A stretch of 62,553 nt of DNA, filler included, from Chiloscyllium plagiosum (taxonomy: Eukaryota): assembly GCF_004010195.1 (NCBI RefSeq). It is 3 parts of one record of this genome, joined end to end, with 100 filler letters (N's around TTAATTAATTAA, not from the genome) between each part and the next. Parts side by side here need not be neighbours in the genome. Positions count along the whole stretch, not along the records: positions 1 to 14,802 come from NC_057712.1; 2 more parts are not named here. The stretch is one strand, 5' to 3'. Each line of letters opens with the position of its first letter. Within the stretch, counting starts at the first letter, position 1. The notes below the pieces were generated by a model. It did no database searches and was not told the origin of the DNA. It saw only the letters and a list, made by a program, of their open reading frames with translations. Of this stretch, positions 1 to 11,493 are shown piece after piece. Position numbers and translations under genes: made by a program.

Positions 1-338
1 CCCACCTCATCCTAGTTTCAAACTTCCAGCTCAGCACTGTCCCCATGACTTGTCCGACCTGCCTAGCTCCTTTTCCACCTATCCACTCCACCCTCTCCTC
101 CCTGACCTCTCACCTTCATCTCCTCTCCCACTCACCCATTGTACTCTATGCTACTCTCTCCCCACCCCCACCCTCCCCTAGCATCACGCTTCAGGCTCAC
201 TGGCTTTATTCCTGATGAAGGGCTTTTGCCCGAAATGTCGATTTCAAAGCTCCTTGGATGCTGCCTGAACTGCTGCGCTCTTCCAGCACCACTAATCCAG
301 AATCTGGTTTCCAGTATCTGCAGTCATTGTTTTTACCT
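1..338 (+). mobile_element. Penelope-like element 3' end/pLTR (family A), runs off the window start
   Basis: C/T-rich 3' region, hammerhead motif at 212-239 and tail ATCTGGTTTCCAGTATCTGCAGTCATTGTTTTTACC; near-identical to 14903-15045 and to the reverse complement of 55299-55432, which is linked to GIY-YIG coding sequence. Confidence 0.85.
212..239 (+). ncRNA. Minimal type I hammerhead ribozyme motif (family A; stem III CpG mutated)
   Basis: CTGATGA-A-GGGC-TTTT-GCCC-GAAA-TGTC; intact copies read GAAACGTC. Confidence 0.7.
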
Positions 339-339
339 A

Positions 340-1600
340 CGGAGCAGAACATCAGTGTGAAGTAAACATAGTGTAGAATAGCAGACAGGGTCCATTTCCT
401 CCAAATAGGCTGAGTGTAATCTGTAGGCTCATTCCTTTTAGTGACCTCACAATATCATTATGGAAGAGGCCTAGGAAATATCAAACATGAAAACAAAATT
501 GGACATAATCTAATTAAAGTGAGTTTAAAGGTGGCTTGGGTTCAAAGATTGGCAGGCAAAACAGTAAAATGAGCAATGGGAGGCTTTCAGAGAAGAGAGA
601 GTCCATATGCTGACAAAGCATTTCCATGATGCAGAGGGAAAGTGAATCAAATGCAATCATGAAAGATATCAAGATTCAAATGAAATAGGAAGAGGAGGCT
701 TGTGGTAAGTATCAGATTCCCAGTAGTGCAGAGGCACCAAAAGTAAGCTCTGATTTCTCTCTACAGATGATGCTAGACCTGCTGTGTTTTTCCAGCAATT
801 TCTGTTTTTGTTTCTCATTTCCAGCAACTGCAGTTCTTTTGGTTTTTGGAATCCAAAAAGTACCTGAGGAAAGGAGAGTGTATGAGAACAGATCAACATC
901 TAACATAAAACATAGTAGGGGTAGTCAGTGGAAGGATGGGATCAATTAAGAACCAAAAAGTAGGTTCTCCTACAAAGGCAGAGCAGCAGTACTAATGAGG
1001 ACTTTGCATCTGCCATTACTGAAGAAGATGGTATAGCCAATGTCACTGCAAAGGAGAAGATGGTGGAAAATTTGATGCATTACCAAGGGGAAAGTACTTA
1101 AAAAGTTGCAAACACTCAGAATGGAAAGATCACCTGTCTGGAGTGCTGCACTCTGCCTGCTGAGAGAAGTAAAGGTGCAGTTTGCAAAGGTTCTGCTCAC
1201 AATCTTCCATTCTTCCTTGGATATGGAAGGGCTGTCATCAGATTGCCAATGTTGCACTTTTGTTCAAAAAATGGGAATGGGATATGCAACTTTGGGCCGG
1301 TCGGTCTAAACTTTATTGAAACCTTTCGAGACACTCATCTGGAACAAAATGAATTGGCACTTATTGCATGCCATTTGATCGGGTTGATTTTACCAACTTC
1401 TTAGTTTAATTAGCTTAAGCCAGCAGAAAGATACACATGAATAAATGTAAACCAAGGTGGATTTATTAAAGACCAATCATATTTGACGAATTTGTTCTTT
1501 GAAGAAGTATCGAAGGGGATTGTTGAGGGCTGTGAAGTTGATGTCAAAAGGCATTTGATAAAGGTAAAGTTGCCACAGACCTACCAGATGATAAATTTAT
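340..1600 (+). mobile_element. Old degraded CR1-type LINE ORF2 fragments
   Basis: Remnants of GF-x-K-xx-S-x-LTNL, FFEEV and KAFDK at about 1455-1565, matching the RT region of younger CR1 copies in the window; many stops. Confidence 0.6.
746..850 (+). mobile_element. Short PLE terminal fragment (family C)
   Basis: CTCTGATTTCTCTCTACAGATGATGCTAGACCTGCTGTGTTTTTCCAGCAATTTCTGTTTTTG...CTGCAGTTC resembles 53713-53810. Confidence 0.65.
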
Positions 1601-1645
1601 AAGATCATAAGAAATAGGAACAGAAGTAGGCCGTTTGACCTTCAA

Positions 1646-1854
1646 CTAGGAGAAAGTGAGGACTGCAGATGCTGGAGATCAGAGCTTAAAAGTGTGTTGC
1701 TGGAAAAGCGCAGCAGGTCAGGCAGCATCAAAGGAGAAGGAGAATCGACGTTTCGAGCATAAGCCCTTCTTCAGGATTATGCCCGAAATGTCGATTCTCG
1801 TGTTCCTTTGATGCTGCCTGACCTGCTGCGCTTTTCCAGCAACACATTTTTAAG
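1646..1854 (-). mobile_element. PLE-derived mini-palindrome (family A') of about 210 bp with tail and TSD
   Basis: Arms about 1684-1763 and 1778-1855 are reverse complements; tail 1646-1683 on one side only; degenerate TSD CGTTTGACCTTCAA (1632-1645) / CGTTTAATCTTCAA (1855-1868). Confidence 0.85.
1747..1774 (-). ncRNA. Minimal hammerhead ribozyme, intact core (family A')
   Basis: Minus strand CTGAAGA-A-GGGC-TTAT-GCTC-GAAAC-GTC. Confidence 0.8.
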
Positions 1855-2199
1855 CGTTTAATCTTCAAGCATGCTCCCATTCAGAAGGATCATGACAGAT
1901 CGAACATTCCTCACCTCCACTTCCCTTTGCCCGTAACCTTTGATGCCCCTAATGATCAAGAATCTATCTATCTCAGCCTTTATTATACACAAGGACTCTT
2001 CCTCCAGCTCTCTGTGGCAAGGAGTCCTCAAATCTCTGAAAGAAGACATTCCTCCTCATCTTGATCTTAAATTGCTACCCCTTTATCCCGAGAGTATGTT
2101 CTCTAGTCTTAGAATTTCCTTTGAGGGGAAGATCTTCTCAGCATCTGCCCTGTCAAGCCCCTTAAGAACGTTTTATGTTTCAAGGGGTGATCTCTCATG

Positions 2200-2346
2200 A
2201 GCGAGAGACGACTGGTGGTGGTTTACACCTGAAGATCAACACACGTCAAGTGAGGGGAGTGGTTGAAAAGGATGGACTTTCATGGTAAGCTCAGCAGGTG
2301 TGGGAATTGAACGCACGCTGTTGGTGTTGCTCTCCCTTGCAAACCA
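2200..2346 (-). mobile_element. tRNA-derived SINE fragment (not HE1)
   Basis: Minus strand has a box-B-like GCGTTCAATTCCCAC; body resembles fragments at about 59780-59810 and 60070-60125. Confidence 0.45.
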
Positions 2347-2424
2347 ATTTCCTTTGATAAAGTGCCATATGTTAGCAAATGAACAATAGCTAAATAGGAC
2401 CAAGATTGACCAAGGGTCAGAAAG

Positions 2425-2632
2425 CAGAGACAAAAATCAAAATTGCTGAGAAAACACAGCAGGTGTGGCAACATCTATGGAAAAAAGGCAGAGTCTAATG
2501 TTTCCAGTCCAGTGGCCCTTCTTCAGAATCTGAAACATTAACTCTGCTTTCTTTCCACAGGTGTGGCTATGCCTACTGAGTTTTCCCAACAATTTCCGTT
2601 TCTGATTCTGATTTTCAGTATCCGCAGTTCCT
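2425..2632. mobile_element. Degenerate PLE mini-palindrome (family C)
   Basis: Minus arm ends ...CCCTTCTTCAGAA (hammerhead 5' half) at about 2528, followed by plus arm TGAAACATTAACTCTGC... with tail ...TCCGCAGTTC. Confidence 0.7.
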
Positions 2633-2747
2633 AGGGGAATTTTTTCAGGAAATAGAGTTGTGGTGAGTTTTTTTTTGCCAGACAGCTGAGAATTATACAG
2701 TGGCATCCATCAAGGGGTTGGGATCAACTAGCACAAGTGGGTACCAC

Positions 2748-2818
2748 AGACGCTGGAGATTACAGAGGTGCTGGAAAAGCACAGCAGGTCAGGCAGCATC
2801 CGAGGAACAGGAAAATCA
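2748..2818 (-). mobile_element. PLE terminal fragment (family A-like)
   Basis: GTGCTGGAAAAGCACAGCAGGTCAGGCAGCATCCGAGGAACAGGAAAATC matches 5206-5255. Confidence 0.7.
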
Positions 2819-3227
2819 CTTTTTAAGCTGTATTTGTGACCTGCACTCAGTGTACAGAGTGTGCATTTTGCCTTTCCAAATAACGTGAAAATAGGAAATG
2901 TTATACACAACAAGGAGATGGTTGTTGACTTCAGGACCTCAGCTGAGGAATTGGATTGAAAGGAAACATTAAATCAATGAACAAAGCTTGCTCAGAGAGT
3001 GAAGGTTTGGGGAGCAACTTGGAAGAGGGAGAGGTGAAAAGGTTTTGTAAGGAGTGGGTAAAGCACCATGGTTGGAGGCTACTGAAAGGAAGTGAGTGAT
3101 ACACAGGAGACCAGTTCCTCTGGTGAAGCATGAATCATAGGTGGCTTCTGCCTCCAGCATGCTGTTGCCTCTGTGAATGTGTCTCACATAGTTTGTCTTT
3201 AGACTGCGCAAGTATACACAATTTCTT

Positions 3228-3345
3228 TTTATGCATTTGTGGAATATGGGCATTGCTGGCTGTCCAGCATTTATTGTCTATCCCTAGTTGCTCTTGAGAA
3301 GATGTGGTGAGCTGCCTTCCTGAACCACTGCAGTCCGTGTGCTGT
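3228..3345 (-). mobile_element. 3' end of an L2/CR1-like LINE family
   Basis: CCAGCATTTATTGTCTATCCCTAGTTGCTCTTGAGAAG recurs at about 49024-49095 (-), 49560-49640 (+) and 43870-43975 (+). Confidence 0.55.
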
Positions 3346-4054
3346 GTGTTGACCCAAAATGCAATTGCATATGCCACAATAAATGGATAACAAGTTGATG
3401 AGCAGCAAAGAAAACTGCTCTCTTCTTGGCTTTTGTGAGGAATAAAAATGAAGTTTTTCTACAATTCACCCGAGCTCATCTTGGCAACTGAAGACCATGT
3501 GATATAAAAAAACTGGAACCAGTTAAATGACTGAGTAACAAAGAACTCCAATATTTAATATATTTTTACAATGCTAAGTGATCTACTCCTCATTTTTCAT
3601 GTTTCAGTAAAGATTTGTCAGATTGTCTTAACTGTCATTGTCACTATTTTCTGCAGGGGAAAAAGTTGTTCTTCCTTTAACTGACGCACCTTAACTCTAA
3701 GTGAACCAAATAAGCTACACGTTTATATTAAACTGCTATGAATACAGCAATTTATTGTGTGTGGCCGGAGGGGAACATAATTGTTTTTTCGACAATTGCT
3801 AGGCAAAAAAATCTTCTCCACAGTTAGTAAGAAGCTGTCCCTAATCTGGGCAAAGGCAATGATGTATAAGCAAAAGTCAATAGATTGCAAACAGTATTTA
3901 CAATTTTGCTGAGTGGCTGTAAGAGTGAAAATATAAAGTATGTTAATTTTTACATGGGTTTCTTTTCATACCTTGCAAATTGAAACATGTTTGGAAGCAT
4001 CACATGCTGGATAGTCAAACACAAGCAGATCCTACAACCAGCTTCAGTGCCATA

Positions 4055-4267
4055 AACACAGAAACAGTTGGAAATACACAGCAGGTTTGTAAGCATCTGA
4101 ATAGAGAAAGGATAATTGAATGTATTGGGTGGAGACGCATTGTCAGAACTGCCTGAAGTGTTAATCTGTCTCTTTTCAGATGCTGACAGGCCTGCTGTGT
4201 GTTTCCAGCATTATTGGTTTCATGCTAACTTTTTAACATTTGCAGTTCCTTTTTCTCTTATCATCTA
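4055..4267. mobile_element. Degenerate PLE mini-palindrome with TSD
   Basis: Inverted arms meet at about 4151; direct repeat TTCAGTGCCA at 4043-4052 and 4268-4277. Confidence 0.65.
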
Positions 4268-4614
4268 TTCAGTGCCACAGAGCTCACGTTACTGTTTCTG
4301 ATCAAATACAAGGAGTCACATATCTTGTCAGTGCTGTCAGAGGGGTGCTGCATTTCACATTCCTTTTTAACAATTCATTTTAAACTACTTTGTTTATTTG
4401 CCATGACTTTGCAAGTATGAACTTGGTTAAAAGGTTGCTGGATCATTTCAGTGTTACCTAACCAGCCGACAGAATCTACTGGCATTAGTAGGTGACAAAG
4501 CCAGATACTGTCAGCCATTGTCTATAGATTCAACTTAAATGTGTTAATAAATCTATTCCTTCCAAACCCCATCACATTCTTGTTTCTGTATCTTGTGGCA
4601 AAAGTTTCAACTTG

Positions 4615-4768
4615 CAGAAACAAAAAACAGAAATTGCTGGAAAAAACTTAGCAGATCTGGCAAAATCTGTGAAGAGAAAACAGAGTTAATGTTTCAGGCC
4701 CAGTGACCCTTCTTCAGAACAGGTTTTTGTTTCTGATTTCCTGACATCCACCGTTGTTTCATTATTTT
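4615..4768. mobile_element. PLE terminus (family C): minus arm with hammerhead (4688-4717) fused to a plus-strand tail
   Basis: Minus strand CTGAAGA-A-GGGTC-ACTG-GGCCT-GAAAC-ATT; degenerate flanking repeat AAGTTTCAACTTGCAG (4602-4617) / AAATTTCAACAGGCAG (4769-4784). Confidence 0.7.
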
Positions 4769-5111
4769 AAATTTCAACAGGCAGCATTGGTTTGATTTTA
4801 TTTCAAAGGTATGTTTCAAATTTTTTTATGAGCCACTATTATATTTTATATGTGAGGAGGTCAGTTAGTTCAGTTAATTGCTTGTTATGAGAGAGCAGCC
4901 GTCTGGTCTAGTAGGATTGCGGTAACTTTTACATGCAACAAATATGGATCTGCTATATTATCACTCATTAAAACACATTGAAATTAGATCCACATAAGCC
5001 TTCATCACAGTTTCAAATATCTGGGCTCATTAAAGCCCAATGTAAGAGCACTATCAGCAAAAGTAGGCTGGGGAACTATATTGCATCAAGGACCTCCACA
5101 GTGGAGACCTG

Positions 5112-7795
5112 GGGAAGTGCTATCAAACAGAGAGATCTAATGATTCAGGTACATAGTTCCTTGAAAATGGCATCACAGGTAGACTGGGAGGTGAAGATCA
5201 GAGTGTTGCTGGAAAAGCACAGCCCGTCAGGCAGCATCTGAGGAGCAGGAAAATCAACGTTTCAGGCAAAAGTCCTTCATCAGGACTGAAGGCAGGGAGC
5301 CTCCAGGGTGGAGAGATAAATGGAAGGGGGGTGAGGCTGGGGAGAAGGTAGCAAAGAGTACAATAGGTGGATGGGGGTGGGGATGAAGGTGATAGGTCGG
5401 AGAGGAGGGTGGAGGGGAGAGGTGAGAAAAAAGATTGGCAGGTAGGACCGGTCATGAGGATGGTGCTGAGCTGGAAGGTTGGAGCTGGGGTAAGGTGGGG
5501 GGAGGAGAAATGAGGAAACTGGTGAAATCCACATTGATGCAATGGGGTTGAAGTGTTCTGAGATGAAAGATGAAGCATTCTTCTTCCAGGCGTCGGGTGG
5601 TGAGAAAGCGGCAGTGGAGGAGGCCCAGGACCTCCATGTCGTTAGCACAGTGGGAGGGGGAGTTGGGATGTTGGGCCATGGGGTGGTGGAATTGATTGGT
5701 GTGGGTGTCCTGGAGATATTCCCTAAAGTGCTCTGCAAGAAGGCATCCAGTCTCCCCAGTGTAGATGAGACCACATCGGGAGCAACGGATACAATAAATG
5801 ACTTTAGTGGATGTGCAGGTGAAACTTTGATGGATGTGGAAGGTTCCTTTGGGGTCATGGATGGAGGTGAGAGGGGAGGTGTGGGCGCAGGTTTTGCAAT
5901 TCCTGCAGTGGCAGGGGGGTGCTGGGAGGGGAGGTTGGGTTGTTGGGCGGCATGGACCAGACCAGGTAGTCATGGAGGGAACCCCATCTCTCCAGTCATT
6001 ACAAGGACTGGACCCCTTTCACCCTACCAACCTTTGCATAAACCGCATCATCGTCCGACATTTCTGTCACCTCCAAACGGACCCCACCACCATGGATATA
6101 TTTCCCTCCCCGCCCTTTTCCACAAAGACAGTTCCCTCCATGACTACCTGGTCAGGTCCACGCCCCCCAACAATCCACCCTCCCATCCTGTCACCTTCCC
6201 CTGCCACCGCTGGAATTGCAAAACTCCCCCTCCCACTCTGCCGAGGACAATGCAGGTTCTGGGCCTCCTCCACCACCATTCCCTCACCACCCGATGCCTG
6301 GAGGAAGAACTCCTCATCTTCCGCCTCGGAACACTTCAACTCCAAGGCATCAGTCCTTGTAATGACTGGACAGATGGGGTTCCCTCCGTGACTACCTGGT
6401 CTGGTCCATGCCGCCCAACAACCCAACCTCTCTTCCTGGCACCTTCCCCTGCCACCGCAGAAATTGGAAAACCTGCGCCCACACCTCCCCCCTCACCTCC
6501 ATCCATGACCCCCAAAGGAGCCTTCCACATCCATCAAAGTTTCACCTACACATCCACTAAAGTCATTTATTGTATCCGTTGCTCCCGATGTGGTCTCATC
6601 TACACTGGGGAGACTGGACGCCTTCTTGCAGAGCACTTTAGGGAATATCTCCGGGACACCCACACCAATCAACTCCACCACCCCATGGCCCAACATTCCA
6701 ACTCCCCCTCCCACTCTGCTGAGGACAATGCAGGTTCAGGGCCTCCTCCACCGCCGCTCCCTCACCACCCGACGCCTGGAAGAAGAATGCTTCATCTTCC
6801 ATCTCAGAACACTTCAACCCCATGGCAGCAATGTGGATTTCACCAGTTTCCTCATTTCCCCTCCGCCCACCTTACCCCAGTTCCAACCTTCCAGCTCAGC
6901 ACCATCCTCATGACCGGCCCTATCTGCCAATCTTCCTTCCCACCTACCTGCTTCACCCTCCTCTCTGACCTATCACCTTCATCCCCATCCACATCCACCC
7001 ATTGTACTCTTTGCTACCTTCTCCCCAGCAACCTCCCCCCCTATTTATCTCTTCAACCTGGAAGCTCCCTGCCATCAGTCCTGATGCCCGGAATGTTGAT
7101 TTTCCTGCTCCTTGGATGCTGCCTGACTGGCTGTGCTTTTCCAGCACCACTCTAATCTAGACTCTGCTTTCCAATATCTGCAGTCCTCACTTTTGTCAGG
7201 GTGGTGAAGAAGGTGTTTGGCAAGCTAGCCTTCATTAGTCAGAACATTGAGTACAAGAGTTTGGACATCATGTTACAACTGTTCAAGACATTGGTAGGCC
7301 ACATTTGGAGTACTGCATACAATTCGGGCCTTCCAGCTATAGGAAAGATGTGATTTAACTGGGAAGGGTGCAGAAACATTTTGCAAGGGTGTTACCAAGA
7401 CTGGAAGGTTTGAGTTATAAGGAGGGGCTGGATAGGCTAGGACTTTTTTCCATGGAGTGTCAGAAGTTATATGGTTATAAACCTGACAGAGGTTATAAAA
7501 TCATGAGGGGTATGGATAGAGTGAATAGCCAAGGTCTTTTTCCCCAGGGTAGGGGAGTCCAAAGCTGGAGGGGAAAGATTTTCACATAAAGGGTGGTATG
7601 AATATGGAACGAACTGCAAGAGGAAGTGGTAGAGGTAACTACAATTGCAACATTTTAAATATGTTTTAATGATAAGAAAGTTATAGAGGGATATGAGCCA
7701 AATGCAGGCAAATGGAACTATTTCAGTTAGGAAACCTGGTCAGCATGGATGAGTTGGACAGAAAGGAGTGTTTCCATGCTGTATGACTCTATGAC
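5112..7795 (+). mobile_element. 5'-truncated CR1 LINE split by the PLE at 5198-7196
   Basis: QVHSSLKMASQVD before the insert continues as VVKKVFG after it; 3' UTR ends ...TGTATGACTCTATGAC. Confidence 0.85.
5198..7196. mobile_element. Penelope-like element arranged as a 2-kb inverted repeat with GIY-YIG remnants on both strands
   Basis: Arms about 5195-6010 (-) and 6351-7158 (+); CxxC-xx-C-x-H ... VIYCIRCSRCGLIYTGETG; tail 7159-7196; TSD CTGGGAGGTGAAGA (5184-5197) / CAGGGTGGTGAAGA (7197-7210). Confidence 0.9.
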
Positions 7796-8558
7796 CTTGT
7801 ATACGGGATGTTTAACGGGGTACTTATAGGTATATAAGGAAATACTGTCATTTCAAATATATATTTAACAAGAAAAAATTCTGCACGACTTGTAAGCAAT
7901 GGTTTCTGCCTTCTGGGCAGGACAGAACCATTTTCATAGTCCTTACTTGAGCACTTTTTGCAGAGAGGATAGTTGGAGCGGGCAATGAAAAAGCCAAGTG
8001 CAGTGGTGAAGCTGCTTTTCTGCATTTAGGCATGCTGTTCAACGTCAGATTGTCTGCACTGCTAAGACTTGTTCTGAAATCTACTCTGGAGCATTGAATG
8101 ATGTTTTAAAACTGCCCACTGATTAGTGGGTTGACCCAAAACAATGAAGGAGTTTTTATTCTGAAAATGAGCCGCTCACTGAACACTGGCATGAAAAGGT
8201 AGGTTACTTTGTAACTACAATTTATATTCTAACAGGTACAGTTGCAGATCCTAACAGGGTAATAGAACAAATTATTTATAAACCATAGGGATTGTAGGAG
8301 CAGCTGTAACCTGCTAACTGGGTTAGAGAAGGTTGGGGCAGCTGCACCAAATACAAATTGCCAGTATTTATGGCGACCTAACCAGATCATATATAGATAT
8401 ACAGATAATTGCTTGATAGGACAGAACTTAAACTTTGGTAAAGAGAGACAGCTTTTCAACTTCACCTCATCAGGAATAAATCCTGAAAATAAATCAGGAA
8501 AAGAAAACCAACATTAAAAGTAAGGGGCAATTTATGTAAAAACAATAAATGTGTTAAA

Positions 8559-11207
8559 TAGAGTCAAAGAGATGCCCAGCATGGAAATAGACCTTCAGTC
8601 CAACTCGTCCATGCTGACCAGATATCCCACCCCAATCTAGTCCTACTTGCCAGTACCCGGCTCATATCCCTCCAAGCCCTTCCTATTCATATACCCATCC
8701 AGATGCCTTTTAAATGTTGCAATTGTACCAGCCTCCACCACTTCCTCTGGCAGCTCATTCCATACATGCACCACCCTCTGCGTGAAAAAGTTGCCCCTTT
8801 CGTCTCTTTTATATCTTTCCCCTCTCACCCTAAACTTATGCCCTCTAGTTCTGGACTCTCCTACTCCAGGGAAAAGACTTTGTCTATTTACCCTATCCAT
8901 GCCCCTCATGATTTTGTAAACCTTTATAAGGTCACCCCTCAGCCTCTGACACTCCAGGGAAAACAGCCCTAGTCTATTCAACCTCTCCCTATAGCACAAA
9001 TCCTCCAACCCTGGCAACATCCTTGTAAATCTTTTCTGAACCCTTTCAAGTTTCACAACATCTTTGCGATAGGAAGGAGANNNNNNNNNNNNNNNNNNNN
9101 NNNNNNNNNNNNNNNNNNNNNNNNNNNNNNNNNNNNNNNNNNNNNNNNNNNNNNNNNNNNNNNNNNNNNNNNNNNNNNNNNNNNNNNNNNNNNNNNNNNN
9201 NNNNNNNNNNNNNNNNNNNNNNNNNNNNNNNNNNNNNNNNNNNNNNNNNNNNNNNNNNNNNNNNNNNNNNNNNNNNNNNNNNNNNNNNNNNNNNNNNNNN
9301 NNNNNNNNNNNNNNNNNNNNNNNNNNNNNNNNNNNNNNNNNNNNNNNNNNNNNNNNNNNNNNNNNNNNNNNNNNNNNNNNNNNNNNNNNNNNNNNNNNNN
9401 NNNNNNNNNNNNNNNNNNNNNNNNNNNNNNNNNNNNNNNNNNNNNNNNNNNNNNNNNNNNNNNNNNNNNNNNNNNNNNNNNNNNNNNNNNNNNNNNNNNN
9501 NNNNNNNNNNNNNNNNNNNNNNNNNNNNNNNNNNNNNNNNNNNNNNNNNNNNNNNNNNNNNNNNNNNNNNNNNNNNNNNNNNNNNNNNNNNNNNNNNNNN
9601 NNNNNNNNNNNNNNNNNNNNNNNNNNNNNNNNNNNNNNNNNNNNNNNNNNNNNNNNNNNNNNNNNNNNNNNNNNNNNNNNNNNNNNNNNNNNNNNNNNNN
9701 NNNNNNNNNNNNNNNNNNNNNNNNNNNNNNNNNNNNNNNNNNNNNNNNNNNNNNNNNNNNNNNNNNNNNNNNNNNNNNNNNNNNNNNNNNNNNNNNNNNN
9801 NNNNNNNNNNNNNNNNNNNNNNNNNNNNNNNNNNNNNNNNNNNNNNNNNNNNNNNNNNNNNNNNNNNNNNNNNNNNNNNNNNNNNNNNNNNNNNNNNNNN
9901 NNNNNNNNNNNNNNNNNNNNNNNNNNNNNNNNNNNNNNNNNNNNNNNNNNNNNNNNNNNNNNNNNNNNNNAAACTCAATCAAGTTTGTGAGACATGATTT
10001 CCCACGCACAAAGCCATGTTGACTATCCCTAATCAGTCCTTGCCTTTCCAAATACATGTACATCCTGTCCCTCAGGATTTCCTTCAACAACTTGCCCACC
10101 ACTGATGTCAGGCTCACTGGTCTATAGTTCCCTGGCTTATCCTTACCACCCTTCTTAAACAGTGGTACCATGTTAGCCAACCTCCAGTCTTCCGGTACCT
10201 CACCTGTGACTATCAATGATACAAATATCTCAGCAAGAGGCCCAGCAATCACTTCCCTAGCCTCCCACAGAGTTCAAGGGTAAACCTGATCAGGTCCTGG
10301 GGATTTATCCACTTTTATGCATTTCAAGTCATCCATCTGCTCGTCCTCTGTAATATGGACATTTTTCAAGATGTCACCATCTATTTCCCCACATTCTATA
10401 TTTTCCATGTCCTTATTCACAGTAAACACTGATGCAAATACTCATTTAGTATCTGCCCCATCTCCTGCGGCTCCACACAAAGGCCGCCTTGCTGATCTTT
10501 GAGGGGTCCTATTCTCTCCTGAGTTAACCTTTTGTCCTTATTATATTTGTAAAAGCCCTTTGGATTCTCTTAACTCTATTTGCCAAAGCTACCTCATGTC
10601 CCCTTTTTGCCCTCCTGATTTCCTTCTTAAATATACTCCTACTGCTTTTATACTCTGAGGATTCACTCAAACTATCCTGTCTATACCTGACATATACTTC
10701 CTTCTTTTTTCTTAACCAAACCCTCAATTTCTTTAGTCATCCAACATTCCCTACACCCACCAGCCTTTCCTTTCACCCTAACAAGAATATATGTCTCTGG
10801 ACTCTCATTATCTCATTTCTGAAGGTTTCCCATCATCCAGACATCCCTTTATCTGTGAACATCTGCCACCAATCAGCTTTTGAAAGTTCTTGCCGGATAG
10901 CGTCAAAATGAGCCTTTCTCCCATTTAGAACTTCAACTTTCAGATCTGGTCTATCCTTTTCCATCACTACTTTAAAACTAATAGAATTATAGTCGCTGGC
11001 CCTCAGTCACCTGCCGTGCCTTATTTCCCAAGAGTAGGTCAGGTATTGCACCTTCTCTAATAGGTACATCCACATACTGGATCAGAACACTTTTTTGTAA
11101 ACAATTAACAAATTTCTCTTCATCTAAACCCTTAACACTATGGCAATCTCAGTTTATGTTTGGAAAGGTAAAATCCCCTACTATAACTACCCTATTATTC
11201 TTACAGA
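8559..11207 (-). mobile_element. 5'-truncated young CR1 LINE (gap 9081-9970)
   Basis: VPEDWRLANMVPLFKKGGKDKPGNYRPVSLTS, QHGFVRGKSCLTNL, RRLRGDLI-type C-terminus and the 3' UTR shared with 30800-30905. Confidence 0.95.
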
Positions 11208-11324
11208 ATTGCTAGGAATATATTTTGCGTGTCGGTGCAAAAGGGATTAGTTGGCTTCGTAACCCTTTTCTCAGTGATGAAAATGGACAAACCGCAGAGA
11301 TAAATTGTTTTTTTGCCTGCAAAG

Positions 11325-11490
11325 GACAGAGCCCTGCTTCTAGCAGACACAAATAACTTGTACTGCAAGCCAATCTGATAAACCTGAATTGGTTTCCAAT
11401 GCAATTCTTAACACAGTCAGGATTATTCATTAAATTCTGTCCAATAGCGGGATCACATTTTATGTTGGACATAATATTCTCAGTTTTGCA
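11325..11490 (-). mobile_element. Degenerate PLE GIY-YIG C-terminal fragment (distinct family)
   Basis: CDPAIGQNLMNNPDCVKN...QFRFI...LCLLEA resembles the SAIGQHL...F-x-I...LE end of PLE endonucleases. Confidence 0.5.
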
Positions 11491-11493
11491 ACC

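Larger units (their letters stand above)
1606..2198 (-). mobile_element. 3' end of an older CR1-type LINE, split by the PLE mini-palindrome at 1646-1854
   Basis: Similar to 13210-13749 (CATAAGAA-TAGGA-CAG-AGTAGGCC end); ORF2 C-terminal remnant KAEIDRFLIIRGIKGYG. Confidence 0.7.

Noticed and set aside
2911..2936. KEMVVDFR-like peptide reminiscent of Rex1/Babar RT
   Set aside because: Only about 25 nt with no flanking similarity.
5542..7155. 537-aa ORF, the longest in the window
   Set aside because: It runs through an antisense PLE arm, a rearranged spacer and shifted frames of the sense arm; only a short stretch is real GIY-YIG sequence. It is a chance open frame in stop-poor repeat DNA.
8445..8475. 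Minus-strand CTGATGAGGTGAAGTTGAAAAGCTGTC, a possible additional hammerhead
   Set aside because: Stem II cannot pair convincingly and I could not tie the flanks to a PLE family in this window.
9046..10252. Long ORFs of 310 and 399 aa, and similar X-rich ORFs near 19229, 22722 and 55280
   Set aside because: Their length comes from translating N gaps.
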